Shown here: positions 1 to 12,999 of the stretch, piece after piece | Numbering within the stretch: position 1 is the stretch's first letter | Layout: every line of letters starts with the position of its first letter | Source of the DNA: Squalus acanthias | Lineage: Eukaryota | Length of the DNA: 64,000 nt | NCBI GenBank assembly: GCA_030390025.1 | Contig: CM059446.1 | Location: 54,560,001 to 54,624,000, forward strand | Direction of reading: 5' to 3' | Made by a program: the position numbers and the translations under genes | The notes under the pieces: generated by a model | Seen by the model: the letters and a program-made list of their open reading frames with translations, nothing else | Database searches by the model: none | What the model was told of the DNA's origin: nothing

Positions 1-1097
1 CTTGGACTAGGGAGTGGAAAATTGGGCATGAGTCAACGCCTTAAGTGAGTGGAGACCCAATAAAAATTATTTGATAACTGTTCAGCGACCCCTGCTGGGT
101 GTGGTTCTGCCTTCCCCCCAATTGTCTCTGCTCTCCTCTCCTCCTCAAGGCGCTAACTCACGCTGGAGTGCAGTTCCCCCATGTGCTGGGTGCTCCCCTG
201 TACCTTGCCCAAGTGGCCATTCATTCCTTGTCTGTCATGGACAGTGAGTGCTGGTGGGCTATTTGACTACAGAGAGAGCGGGAATATGGTATTGAGACAG
301 AGGATCAGCCATGATATTGAATGGCGGAGTAGGCTCGAAGGGCCGAATGGCCTACTCCTGCTCCTTATTTTTCTATGTTTTCTATGTTTCTAAAAGGCCC
401 ATGCCCACTCCATGCCCAATGTGATTGGGTACACCGTGCATTCCAACAGGGGTCACTGGATAGCAAATCAGGAGCAGGCCTCCTGGCTAGCTTCTCCTCA
501 CACTCTTAAATCCAGGTTCAATTATAGCATCCCCACAACAACCCCAGTTGATTGTGCTGCCTCTTCCTGGTACAGTTCCACGGGTACCAAGAGCCTTTGA
601 GTGGCTGAGTGGCCATTCTCCATGGATGAGCCTTGTTGGTGGGTTGGCGGACCATTTGACCATAAAGGGCATCACAACTGAGCCTGAACCTGTACTCCAA
701 CAAACTGCAACCTTATTGGCCAACACACCTCAGTTGCACGCTACCTCAATGAAGCCATTTGGAGGGAGGGAGGGAGGAGCTTTGGGAGTGCAGGCTACAA
801 CAGCAGGGCTATTTGACAATAGAAATTGACCCTCCAGAATGTAATGATTCTCACTTTGAGGATTTTCATGGTAACAGGCAATCACAAAACTAGAGACTGA
901 AAGTGATTTAAAAATGTCCACTTCATGCTTTCAGGAATGAGTGATAACCTGGAGACTGCATGACCTATGTTGTAAGTATGATGTCGAGGCTTTTTTTTTA
1001 TTGATTATGCAGAATTAGCCTGTTACGGAAAATGGCTGATCAAGTTGGACCCAAGTGTGGGCTTGGCTATCTGGCAGGCCTCAATCTTGAACCCATG

Positions 1098-1470
1098 GTG
1101 TCAGCCATGGCTCAACGGGTAGCACTCTCGCCTCTGAGTCTTTCGGATGAGACGTTAAAAACCGAGGCCCCGTCTGCTCTCTCAGGTGGACGTAAAAGAT
1201 CCCATGGCCACAATTTTGAAGAAGAGCAGGGGTGGGTGGGGGTTATCCCCGGTGTCCTGGGCCAATATTTATCTCTCAATCAACATAACAAAAAAACGGA
1301 TTAGCTGGTCATTATCACATTGTTGTTTGTGGGAGCTTGCTGTGCGCAAATTAGCTGCCATGTTTCCTACAACAGTGACTACACTTCAAAAATACTTCAT
1401 TGGCTGTAAAGCGCTTTGGGACGGCTGGTGTTCGTGAAAGGCGCTATAGAAATGCAAGTTCTTTCTTTTC
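1098..1470 (+). mobile_element. SacSINE1-like SINE with internal deletion
   Basis: Colinear with 10240-10726 except for about 95 bp missing after ctctgagtc. Confidence 0.85.
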
Positions 1471-2699
1471 ATGGCCCCTGGGAATGTGAAGAAAGTATGT
1501 TGACCGCAATCCTGCTGGGTGGGCTCCTAATGTTTGCTTTTGACGGCAGTGGGAGAAAGGGTTAATTAATAACCTTGTAGTAAAGGGGCCTTTAGGGAAG
1601 AGTGACCATAATATGTTAATTTTATATTGAGTTTGAAAGTGATTTAGTTAAATCCGAAACTAGGGTCTTCAATCTAAACAAAGCAAACTACGTAGGTATG
1701 AGGGGCGAGTTGGCTAAGGTAGATTGCGAAACTACATTAAAAGGTATGACGGTAGACAAGCAATGGCTAGCATTTAAAGAATTAATACGTACATTACAAC
1801 AAATACACATTCCTTTAAGGTACAAAAACCCCGCAGGAAAAGTAGTCCAACCGTGGCTAACAAGAGAAGTTAAAGATAGTATTAGATCAAAGGAAGAGGT
1901 TTATAATGTTGCCAAAAAGAGTAGTAAGCCTGAGGATTGGGAGGATTTTAGAATTCAGCAAAGGAGGACCAAGAAATTCATAAGGAAAGAAAAAAAAGAA
2001 TATGAGAGTAAATTAGCAAGAGACATAAAAACAGATTGTAAACGTTTCTATAGGTATCTGAATAGAAAGTGATTAGTGAAAGTAAACGTGGGCCCATTAG
2101 AGGCAGAGACAGGAGAAATTATAATGGGCAATAAGGAAATGGCAGAGACATTAAACAAGTACTTTGTGTATCTCTTTACGGTAGAAGACACAAAAAATAT
2201 TCCGGAAATAATGGGGAACCAGGGGTCTAGAGAGAATGAGGAACTTAAAGAAATCGGTATAAGTAAAGACAAAGTACTGGAGAAATTAATGGGACTAAGT
2301 GGCGACAAATCCTCTGGACTGGACTTGACCTGCATCCGAGGGTTTTAAAAGAGGTAGCTGCAGAGATAGTGGATGCACTGGTATTAATCTTCCAGAATTC
2401 CTTAGATTCGAGAACAGTCCCCAAGGATTGGAAGGTAGCAAACATGACCTCGCTATTTAAGAAAGGAGGAAGAGAAAAAACGGGGAACTATAGGCCAGTT
2501 AGCCTGACATCAGTAGTAGGCAAAATGCTAGAATCTATTATTAGGGATGTGGTAACAGGGCACTTAGAACATCATAAAACCATGTTTACTCTGCCGGATC
2601 ATATTATGAAAGGGAAATCGTGTTTGACAAATCTGTTGTGGAGTTTTTTGAAGATGTAACTAGTAGGATGGATAAGGGGGAACCAGTGGATGTAGTGTA

Positions 2700-3052
2700 C
2701 AGGAAACTCTTTGGTATCCGGCACCGACGGGACCGGGATGGTGCAGGTTGATTAAAAATTCCGGATAACGGAGAGGTATATCTACCGAGGCTATTTTTAA
2801 CAAACAAAAATAAAAAAATCAAGAAATGTGCAGTATAATTGGGTCCTCCCCTACAGAATGTTGTGTTAAATGGATGGTGGAAGATGCTTGATTAAGTACA
2901 GTACTGCCAGTTGAGGGTAATCCATAACTCTAATTACTTAACAGTAAAACAAAACTTATAAACGACTGTATTCTGTAGTTTTCGGAGTATGAATTCTGCC
3001 GGTTATTAGAGAATTCCGGATATTTAGGTGCTGTTTAAAAGAGAGTTTCCTG
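2700..3052. mobile_element. Tc1/mariner (pogo/Tigger-like) MITE
   Basis: TIR CAGGAAACTCT…AGAGTTTCCTG, TA duplication on both sides, interrupts the CR1 VDVVY/LDF codons. Confidence 0.85.
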
Positions 3053-3083
3053 TATTTGGATTTTCAGTGCCACAAAATTAGGA

Positions 3084-3470
3084 GCAGAGAAGGCTGAGGT
3101 GGGAACCTGATTGAGGTGTACAAAATTATGAGGGGCATAATTAGGGTAGATAGAAAGGAACTTTCCCCCTTTGTAGAGGGGTCAATAACCAGGGGGCATA
3201 GTTTCAAGGTAAGGGGCAGGAGGTTTAGAGGGGATTTGAGGAAAAACTTTTACTCCCAGAGGGTGGTTGGAATCTGGAAGTCACTGCCTGAAAGGGTGGT
3301 AGAGGCAGGATCCCTCACAACATTCAAGAAGCATTTAGATGAGCACTTGAAACGCCATAGCATACAAGGCAACGGACCAAGTGCTGGAAAATGGGATTAG
3401 AATAGACAGGACTTGATGGCCGGCGTGGACACGATGGGCCGAAGGGCCTCTTTCTGTGCTGTATAACTCT
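3084..3470 (+). mobile_element. CR1 3' fragment nested inside another CR1
   Basis: TRGHSFK…RVVGIW.SLP C-terminal motif and CR1 tail. Confidence 0.85.
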
Positions 3471-3478
3471 GACTCATG

Positions 3479-4215
3479 GGGGGGAAAAATTGAGTCAGCG
3501 CCCCTTTTTGGGCGCTAACTTCTCCGTCGCGCTACTTGTAGTGCCCCGAAAAAAATTAGTTCCCCCGCAGCCGAAATTCATCGGTAGCGCCCCAAGAGGG
3601 AAGCGGGGCGCTATTGGAAGCACCCCGCTTCCCTCTTGGGGCGCTGCGAGGGAATATCGTGGCGCTATGTGGCGTCGCGCCGCGGTACTGCAGGCCTTCC
3701 TCCCCTTCTTAAAGGGGAGGGGCCTTGTGCAGTGCGACCTGGGGCCCAGCTGGGCAACCAGGGATCGGGAGTGCCGGCAAAAGAGCCCGGCACTCGAGAA
3801 GTGCCGGGCTCATGGAGCGCAGCTGGCACTCCGCAGGGGGGGGTGGCGGGGGCAGGTCAGGAGGCTGAAGACGGCAACGGAGGCAGGTGCTGGCAGGTGG
3901 CCAGCAACAAAAATGGCTGCCTGGCACCTCGCCTTTAATTAGCGTCGCTCCGGCCGCAGGTAGGCCCCCCTGACCCCGTCGGACATAGCATCCGGCGGTA
4001 AGCACGGGTTGCTACTGAAAATCGCGAGCGGGGTGCTGCGCACAGCGATGACGTCATCGGCAGGCGCAGCACCACGGGGCGCTAATGGTTACCGCCGCCG
4101 CTAACCTCCCGCTGAATTTCGTGGGAGGCGTTGGCAGCGTCACGCCCGGGCACTAGTTGCTTTGCGCCCTCTTAGGGCGCTAACAGGAGGCACAAAGGAA
4201 CCGAATTTTTCCCCC
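3479..4215. mobile_element. GC/CpG-rich MITE, PIF/Harbinger-like
   Basis: TIR GGGGGAAAAATT…AATTTTTCCCCC, 3-bp TSD atg, homologous to 9694-10186 and 51648-52302. Confidence 0.78.
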
Positions 4216-6517
4216 ATGGTATTGGGGGTAATATAATAGCATGGATTGAGGATTGGTTAATGGACAGAAAACAGAGAGTAGGAATAAACGGGACTTTTTC
4301 GGGTTGGCAGGCTGTACCTAGCAGGGTACCGCAAGGATCAGTGCCTGGGCCTCAGCTATTTACAATCTATATTAATGACTTGGATGAACGGACTGAGTGT
4401 AATGTATCCAAGTTTGCTGATGATACAAAGTTAGGTGGGAAAGTAAGCTGTGAGGAGGACGCAAAGAGGCTGCAGAGAGATATAGACAGGTTGACTGAGT
4501 GGGCAAGAACATGTCAAATGGAATACAATGTGGGGAAGTGTGAAGTTATCCACTTTGGTAGAAAAAACAAAAAAGCAGAATATTTTTTGAATGTTGAGAG
4601 ACTGGGAAATGTTTGCACTCCGAGGGACCTGGGTGTCCTTGTACATGAATCACAGAAAGTTGACATGCAGGTACAGCAAGCAATTTGGAAAGCAAATGGC
4701 ATGTTAGCTTTTGTTCCAAAGGGATTAGAGTATAAGTGTAAAGAAGTCTTACGGGAAGGTGGAGTTGAGGTAGAAGATCAGCCATGATCTTATTGAATGG
4801 CGGAGCAGGCTCGAGGGGCCGAATGACCAACTTCTGCTCCCATTTCTTATGTTCATTCGAACCACTTGTTGTCTTGCTGGTCCTGTTTCTCCAGTGCCAC
4901 AAGTGGGCAGTCTTTGGCTCAGCACATTTTTTTACCAAAACTGTCAGCAGGGAGATGTTCTCAATGTTTGAGCCAGGTTGCAATTGATCAATCTGTTGAG
5001 AAGAATGGTACCTTCTAAAGCAATGACTGAATCAGTGCACAGAACCCAGTCTGTGCACAGACACAAATGGGACAGAAAGTCTTGGGTTTCTCAAATTTTG
5101 TAGGGTTTTTTGGTTCCAATTTTCTCCCCCGAAGTTCCTCTCCTGAAGACGCTGAACCTTGTTGGGATGCCACTCCAGCAGCCTCTGCTACTTCAAGCAA
5201 GTGGCCATTCTTCACCTGCAAGCCTATTTGGGACCCTGTGTGACCTCGGAGAGAATGCCAGCACAGTCCGATCCTGTTGTCACCTGTTGTCCATTGCCTT
5301 CTGTACCTCTCCAAATTGATGAGCCTCTACTCTCCATTGGTCCTTTAGAACGTACAAGTGGAGGGAGAGAAACTTGACTAAACCAGCAGTAGTTACTCAG
5401 CTCAGAGAGGTGGAGTGGGCAGAAACCTGCAAACAGGTTGCCATAACAAAGACTCCATTCAGAGCATGGTGTGTGCAATGGGGAAAATAGAAATGTCTTG
5501 GGTGGGAAAGATGTCTCTTATCCACAGCTCACTTGGTGGTACTGATCAACCACCATCTATTGGTCAGTCACCACCTCTAATGGTTGTCGAAGGCCCAACC
5601 AACGTTTAGCTGGAGCAGGCTTGTTCGTTCCTATTTTAGCGCTCACTCCTCAGCTCTGGTCAATGTGCGGCTTCACCATTCCCCCATAACGCCCATGCTG
5701 TGCAAAGTAAACAACAACAGCCACTTCTATTTATATAGCGCCTTTAACGTAATAAAGTGGACATCTGTTGCCGAGGGGGGGGGGGAAAGGAGACGTGAGG
5801 CCCGAGAGAAACACAAGTAAAATAGTTGGACAATAATGAGGAGAGGGAGGGGAGAGGAGAGGAGGAGAGGAGACGCACAACCAATCTCCTTGGCGAAAGG
5901 GATGGGAGAGGCCGAGTATCTTTTGGTAGGGTCCAGCCTGAAGAAGTTTTAAGAAACACCAAATCAGATTGTTCTGTTGAAATTTATTGTCAAGGATGAT
6001 AATTGACTGACTTGAGGGGCGTCTTGAGGGGCAGTGTGCGGGGCATGGTGCGGGCATGGTGCAGGCAGACCTCTGGCGCTCCCACCAGCATCTTGCATGT
6101 GTCGAGGCTGTGCTGAGTAGGCACTTACTTTACTAATTGGTGATGCTCTTGCTGCACTTTACTGGTTAAAACAGTTCTTGAGAACTGGTTCTATCTAGTC
6201 ACATAATTAATAAAGCAAGTGGCTGATCTCCTACAGCAGCTACTTAACTCCAGGTGCCTGCCTGTCTGCTGCGATTGTGCTCCTGTATTTAGAGGGGTGG
6301 AGAACGCAGTAGGAAGGTGACGCAGCCCAGAACTGCCCTGTTCATTACGTGTTGTGAAGTTATTACCTGTTTGTTCTTTGTACGGCTGTTTAGACTTTGC
6401 TACAGATGGTGACTGGGGTTTGTGCCCCCAGTTCTGTAATTCCATCAGTTACGTACTGTACACCACTCGGGGCAGTGCCTGACTCGGTCATGTCTGTGAC
6501 AGACAGTATGTGGAGCT

Positions 6518-6735
6518 GTGAAATAACAACAGGAAATGCTGGAAGCACTCAGCAGGCCAGGCAGCATCCGTGGAGAGAGAAACAGAGTTAACGTTTCAGG
6601 TTTCATCTGATGAAGGGTCACAGACCTGAAACGTTAACTTTGTTTCTCTTTCCATGGATGCTGCCTGGTCTTCTGAGTGCTTCCAGCATTTTCTGTTATT
6701 TCAGATTTCCAGCATCTGCAGCATTTTACTGTTGT
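6518..6735 (+). mobile_element. Short fold-back Penelope-like element, family B
   Basis: About 80-bp inverted arms, hammerhead core CTGATGA-agggtcacagacct-GAAA-CGTT, about 30-nt tail, TSD agtatgtgga(g/a)ct at 6505-6517 and 6736-6748. Confidence 0.78.
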
Positions 6736-7990
6736 AGTATGTGGAACTCGTTTTTGAAAAAAAATTCACAGAATTTTTCTGGGCTTATTTTGGACCTTTG
6801 AAAAGTGGATGAAAATAGGGAACGTCAAAAGTTTATTTCTGTGTGTTTGCCTAACCAGTGTTCACTGTGGTGTTTGTTACCACTATTCATTCTGCGTCTA
6901 TGTACAATCAGTAGTTGCTGTATGTGAGACATATCTTCATCATGTTCGTGTAACCAGTGGTCAGTTAGTGTTACCGGTGTTCATTCTTTGTGCATATATA
7001 ACCAGTAACATGGCCAGGATTCACTCTTGTCATGTGTGTGATGACATTAGGACTCCTTAACAATCGGAGTGCTGAGCAGGAAGAGGATGTGCGGACCTGC
7101 TGAGCATTTCCCCCTTTTAATTTGTGACTTTCAAAGGCTTCAGTGGAAGCGTGAAAGATTTTGGGGAGCCAGAGCAGATTTGCCGTTCCAAACTGGGAAA
7201 ATAAATGGGAAACCGAGTTTTAAATTCGAGGATAATGGAGCATCTCCAAAAGAAATGTGGTGAATTTGGCGGGAGGGCTGGGGGCCGGGGGGTGGCCGAG
7301 GAACAGGTGGAAATTTTGGAAACACGAAGCCTGAACAACACACAGTAGCCAAGACCGTTGGTTCATGGTTTTAATGGAAAAATGAAAGGGAATCGTGGAT
7401 TAGCGTTGAGCTAATTCAGCAGCGAGTCGCTGAAACAATGCCCCGCATTAACTGACATGAATAATGGAGCAAGCACTTGAGCCTGGAGCGCCTTTCATTG
7501 GGTCAACATGGAAAGGGAAGTTTATTTAAAGCATCCTGAATGCAGAATCAATAAATATGCGCTGGACGTGTGCATTTCCTTAACTTTGTATCACTGGAGC
7601 CTTTGAAAGTCACAAATACAAACTGGAAATGCTGGGAATACAGAGCAGCTCCTCATGCATCTGACGGAGAACAGACAGGCTAATGTTCAAGCAGGCACCC
7701 ATTTATTCCTCAGTGACTTCCGTCTGGTCTGACCCTCCGAGGCCATTTATAGAAAGAAGCTGGGCCCGGCTTCTCCAGTTAAAATTAGTATTTTGTTGTG
7801 TCGTTGAGCCTATAAAAGACTGACGGTACAAAAGAATCATTTCAAATCCGGAGTGCTGAATTTCTTTGGCACGATAACAGAGCACCTCCAGAAAAGAGAG
7901 CAAGTCTCAGAGAGCAACTTGGTTTCCTTTAGATTTTGTTTTTCTGCTGCTTCTCATGGGAATGTTTTTATTATCTTGCGATGCTGAATT

Positions 7991-8009
7991 CTTTCTCTCT
8001 CTCTCTCGT

Positions 8010-8049
<40 letters not shown>

Positions 8050-9025
8050 TTCTNNNNNNNNNNNNNNNNNNNNNNNNNNNNNNNNNNNNNNNNNNNNNNN
8101 NNNNNNNNNNNNNNNNNNNNNNNNNNNNNNNNNNNNNNNNNNNNNNNNNNNNNNNNNNNNNNNNNNNNNNNNNNNNNNNNNNNNNNNNNNNNNNNNNNNN
8201 NNNNNNNNNNNNNNNNNNNNNNNNNNNNNNNNNNNNNNNNNNNNNNNNNNNNNNNNNNNNNNNNNNNNNNNNNNNNNNNNNNNNNNNNNNNNNNNNNNNN
8301 NNNNNNNNNNNNNNNNNNNNNNNNNNNNNNNNNNNNNNNNNNNNNNNNNNNNNNNNNNNNNNNNNNNNNNNNNNNNNNNNNNNNNNNNNNNNNNNNNNNN
8401 NNNNNNNNNNNNNNNNNNNNNNNNNNNNNNNNNNNNNNNNNNNNNNNNNNNNNNNNNNNNNNNNNNNNNNNNNNNNNNNNNNNNNNNNNNNNNNNNNNNN
8501 NNNNNNNNNNNNNNNNNNNNNNNNNNNNNNNNNNNNNNNNNNNNNNNNNNNNNTCCCTTTCTCTCTCTCTCGTTCCCTTTCTCTCTCTCTCGTTCCCTTT
8601 CTCTCTCTCTCGTTCCCTTTCTCTCTCTCTCGTTCCCTTTCTCTCTCTCTCGCTCCCTTTCTCTCTCTCTCGCTCCCTTTCTCTCTCTCTCGCTCCCTTT
8701 CTCTCTCTCTCGCTCCCTTTCTCTCTCTCTCGCTCCCTTTCTCTCTCTCTCGCTCCCTTTCTCTCNNNNNNNNNNNNNNNNNNNNNNNNNNNNNNNNNNN
8801 NNNNNNNNNNNNNNNNNNNNNNNNNNNNNNNNNNNNNNNNNNNNNNNNNNNNNNNNNNNNNNNNNNNNNNNNNNNNNNNNNNNNNNNNNNNNNNNNNNNN
8901 NTCTCGATCCCCTCTCTCTCTCTCTCTCTCTCGATCCCCTCCTCTCTCTCGCTCTCTCTCGATCCCCTCCTCTCTCTCTCGCTCTCTCTCGATCCCCTCC
9001 TCTCTCCCTCTCTCTCCCGCTCTCG

Positions 9026-9065
<40 letters not shown>

Positions 9066-9360
9066 CCCCTCCTCTCTCCCTCTCTCTCCCTCTCTCTCCC
9101 GCTCTCGCTCTCGCTCNNNNNNNNNNNNNNNNNNNNNNNNNNNNNNNNNNNNNNNNNNNNNNNNNNNNNNNNNNNNNNNNNNNNNNNNNNNNNNNNNNNN
9201 NNNNNNNNNNNNNNNNNNNNNNNNNNNNNNNNNNNNNNNNNNNNNNNNNNNNNNNNNNNNNNNNNNNNNNNNNNNNGTCCTCCTTCCCCCCCCACTCTTG
9301 CCCTCCTTCCCCCCCCTCTCTCTCTCGCCCTCCTTCCCCTAGTCTCGCTCTCTCGCTCCT
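7991..9360. repeat. Complex polypyrimidine micro/minisatellite with three assembly gaps (8054-8553, 8766-8901, 9117-9276)
   Basis: (CT)n, 20-bp unit ctctctctctcg(t/c)tcccttt and tcgatcccctcc variants. Confidence 0.95.
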
Positions 9361-9432
9361 TCCCTCTGACCCTTGCCCCTCCAGTTGCTGAATAACTTGC
9401 TCCCAGCTGCTAATGTGGATTAGCTTTACTAC

Positions 9433-9465
9433 AAAGCCACCTGGTGGTCATGACGAGTTCTGCAG
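9433..9465 (-). promoter_or_regulatory. CTCF binding motif with upstream module
   Basis: Minus strand reads CTGCAG-AACTCGTCATGA-CCACCAGGTGGC: a 12-bp core match plus a TGCAG upstream motif at typical spacing. Confidence 0.55.
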
Positions 9466-9693
9466 TCTCTGAATTCCTATACAATGCACCATGAAATAGC
9501 AGCACCAAGTGTTCATATCTCCGTGTGCTGTATTGGAGAAGGTTATGAGATTGAACACTTGGTAACATTTATCCACCACATCCCTATGATAAGATTTTAA
9601 ATGTCAGCTGTGAGATGGGGGGACACTGTGTTGCAGTTTTGGACAGACAGGTAGTTTAGTTGGCATTAAGCTAATATTCCAAAAAAAACATTG

Positions 9694-10186
9694 GGGGAAA
9701 AATTGGGTTGCTTTGCACCTGGGCGCGGCACAGCTAACGCCTCGCGCGGAATTCAGCGGGAGGTTAGCGGCGGCGGTAGCCGGTAGTGCCCCGCGGTGCT
9801 GCGGCTCCGGCGATGACGCCATCGCAGTGCGCAGCTCCCCGCCCGCAAACTTCAGTGGCGACCCCTGACCTACCGCCGGACGATATGTCCGACAGGATCA
9901 GGGGGTGTTTCTGCGGCCGGGGACGGTGCAAGTTAAAGGGGAGGTGCCGGGCGGCCATTTTTTGGGGGGCCGCCTGCCAGCACCTCACCTCCTCCTGCAG
10001 GGAGCTGGCCGCGATCGGTCAGCCCGGCGCTCCTCTTGAGTGCCGGGCTCTCTTCCATGCACCCCGGTGGTCCAGCAGGGCCCCGGTGCGCTCTGCGCTA
10101 GGCCCCACCCCTTTTAATCAGGGGAGGGAGGCCTGTAATACCCCCCCCCCCCCCCCCCCCCATTGTATTTGCATGCTAAACTGCTG
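9694..10186. mobile_element. Partial copy of the same GC-rich MITE, opposite orientation to 3479-4215
   Basis: Begins ggggaaaaattgg and shares gggaggttagcggcggcggt and gggcggccattttt blocks; second TIR not seen. Confidence 0.7.
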
Positions 10187-10239
10187 AATCTGATCTCCTT
10201 TTAGATAATATGTCCTTTTTAGAAATTAAACCTTTTTCA

Positions 10240-10726
10240 GTGTCAGTCGTGGCTCAGTGGGTAGCACCCTCACCTCTGAGTCAGAAGGTTGTGGGCTCAT
10301 AGTCCCACTCCAGAGACTTGAGCACATAAATCTAGGCTGACACTCCCACTCCAGTGCTGAGGGAGTGCTGCACTGTCGAAGGTGCCGTCTTTCGGATGAG
10401 ACGTTAAACAGAGGCCCCGTCTACTCTCTCAAGTGGATGTAAAAGATCCCGTGGCACTATTTCGAAGAAGAGCAGGGGGAGTTATCCCCGGTGTCCTGGG
10501 GCCAATATTTATCCCTCAACCAACATCACTAAAAAACAGATTATCTGGTCATTATCACAATGCTGTTTGTGGGAGCTTGCTGTGCGCAAATTGGCTGCCG
10601 CGTTTCCGACATTACCACAGTGACTACACTTTAAAAAAAAAAGTACTTAATGGGCCGTAAAACACTTTGGGACGGCCTGAGGTTGTGAAAGGCGCTATAT
10701 AAATGCAAGTCTTTTCTTTTCTTTTT
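10240..10726 (+). mobile_element. tRNA-derived DeuSINE (SacSINE1-like), full length
   Basis: A-box tggctcagtggg, central Deu domain, L2-like tail ggcgctatataaatgcaagtc, flanking ctttttc duplication. Confidence 0.88.
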
Positions 10727-11809
10727 CGCCAGTAATCTTCCTGTAGGAATCCCAGTCTTGAACTGAATGCTAGGAAGTGTCCGACACTGTTTAGCCGGCG
10801 CACTCGTGCCCTTCTGCATAGGTGCGTTGTTGCCTGTGCTCTTTTCTATCTCGTCTTTTCTCCCCTCCACTTGTCAAAAAAGAACTGTTCAGTCGTATCG
10901 GAATCTCAGTGTGTGAGGGAAACTGAGACAAAACTTGACAGCGCGTTGCCTCTGTGCTGTGTCATCAAAGTGCAAATGCTGGGCCCTGACAATTGTGCAA
11001 TAAATTGTCTGAATTCTTTTGTCTCGCCTCTTTTGATCCCACACCCTGTTCTATCTTTGTAAACACAGAGGCCGGGGCATTTACAGAGCACGATGGAAGC
11101 TTGTTTTGAGGATTTGATGAATTTTTGCCCAAACATTGAGCTAATGGAAATTTCTTACAATGATGCAAGCACGGAAGAAAAAAAAACCCCACCGTATAAC
11201 TTCGCATTTAATGCTGACCCCCCCCCCCTGAAGTGAACAGGTTTCTGCGTACGGGCTATAATCTGGTTTTAAATTGTAGCGGGCCAGTTGGCAACACAGT
11301 TGACTGGTAATAAACTGCTCGGTGGGTTGGTAAACATGGATGTTGGAAGGAGTTTGCCTGCAAAACAACTGTGACTACACTTCAAAAATAATTCATTGGC
11401 GGTGAAGCACTTTGGGACCTCATGAGAACATGAAAAGAACGTCTGAAATAGGAGCAGGAGTAGACCATGCGGCCCCTCGAGCCTGCTCCGCCATTCAATA
11501 AGATCAGGCTTTCTAAGATAAGGCTTTATACAAATGCAGGTTTGTTCTCTTGTCTTCAGTAACAGAGTGGTCACTGGTGTCTGGTGAGCAATGAAAGTAT
11601 ATGTTGGCAGGTGGAAGTGGACGAAGTAGTTGTGCCTTACTATTTCTTGCCCAGTCTGCACTATTTATTAACCTGTTTACATTTCCCCTCCGGAGATCAA
11701 ATGGATGTGATAGCGTTCATGTTGGGGTAGATTGTACATGATCCTCGAAAGGAGTGGGTCTTCAGATCACCAATACTGCCTTATGTTCATTTAACATGAA
11801 TATGCTCTT

Positions 11810-12426
11810 TTCTTTTTTTTTATTCGTTCCTGGGATGTGGGCGTCGCTAGCAAGGCCAGCATTTATTGCCCATCCCTAGTTGCCCTCGAGAAGGTGGTGG
11901 TGAGCTACCGCTGCAGTCCGTGTGGTGATGGTGCTCCCACAGTGCTGTTAGGGAGGGATTTCCAGGATTTTGACCCAGCGTCGATGAAGGATCGGTGATA
12001 TATTTACAAGTCAGGATGGTGTGTGACTTGGAGGGGAACTTGGAGGTGGTGGTGTTCCCATGCGCCTGCTGCCCTTGTCCTTCTAGGTGGAAGAAGTCGC
12101 GGGTTTGGGAGGTGCTGCCGAAGAAGCCTTGGAGAGTTGCTGCAGTGCATCTTATAGATGGTGCACACTGCAGCCACGGTACGCCGGTGGTGGAGGGAGT
12201 GAATGTTTAAGGTGGTGGATGAGGTGCCAACCAAGCGGGCTGCTTTGTCCTGGATGGTGTCGAGCTTCTTGTGTGTTGTTGGAGCTGCACTCATCCAGGC
12301 AAGTGGAGAGTATTCCGTCACACTCCTGACTTGTGCCTTGTAGATGGTGGAAAGGCTTTGGGGAGTCAGGAGGTGAAACACTTGCCGAATACCCAGTCTC
12401 TGACCTGCTCTTGTTGCCACAGTATG
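11810..12426 (-). mobile_element. CR1-group (Zenon-like) LINE 3' fragment
   Basis: IYKAQVRSV.EYSPLAW…LDTIQDKAARL…SLHHRRTVAA. Confidence 0.85.
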
Positions 12427-12999
12427 TAGTATTTCCTCCTTTATTATCCTGCATCCTCTGCTGAACTGATCACAGAAGAGTGGGTCACTGACCTATTCAA
12501 AGGCCTCTACCAATGGCTTGCTTTAATGACTGGCATGGACAGACCTTCCGCTCTATTGGGAGTGGACAACCTCCGGTGGGCTGACTCAAAGAACTTGCAA
12601 TGTGGAATCACTGAGTCAGCTTGGGGAGATGGGGGTGGGAGAGGAGGAATGCGACAGGATGAACCTTATTTATTGGCGTGGTAGGGTTGGGACTTCAGTT
12701 GCCTGTACTGCATTGTACAGTTACGCTCGTGATGCAGACCGTACTTGAGCCTGGATTGAGCTAGCTTGATGAAACACTAAAACAAAGTTCCTACTGCACA
12801 ATAAAGGCCAACTGAATCGCGAAGGGCTGGCACTTCAGTTGGCTGTACGGCATTGTGTAGTTACTTTTGTGATGCAGACCTTGTCTCTCACTTGCTGGAT
12901 TACGTGTATGTTCCGACTCTTGTGTGGCTGTATTTAACACATCCATTCTGTTGTCTAGAAGGTGAGTGATGGATCTCTCTCTTTTTTTCCTAATTACAG

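Larger units (their letters stand above)
1558..4853 (+). mobile_element. CR1 LINE ORF2 fragment with three nested insertions
   Basis: RT motifs [30 protein letters not shown]; frameshifted; CR1 3' end at about 4752-4853. Confidence 0.93.

Noticed and set aside
7907-9395. 460-480 aa ORFs in the track
   Set aside because: Artefacts of N gaps and CT microsatellite
10240-10320. tRNA genes at SINE heads
   Set aside because: A/B boxes belong to tRNA-derived SINEs; no full cloverleaf
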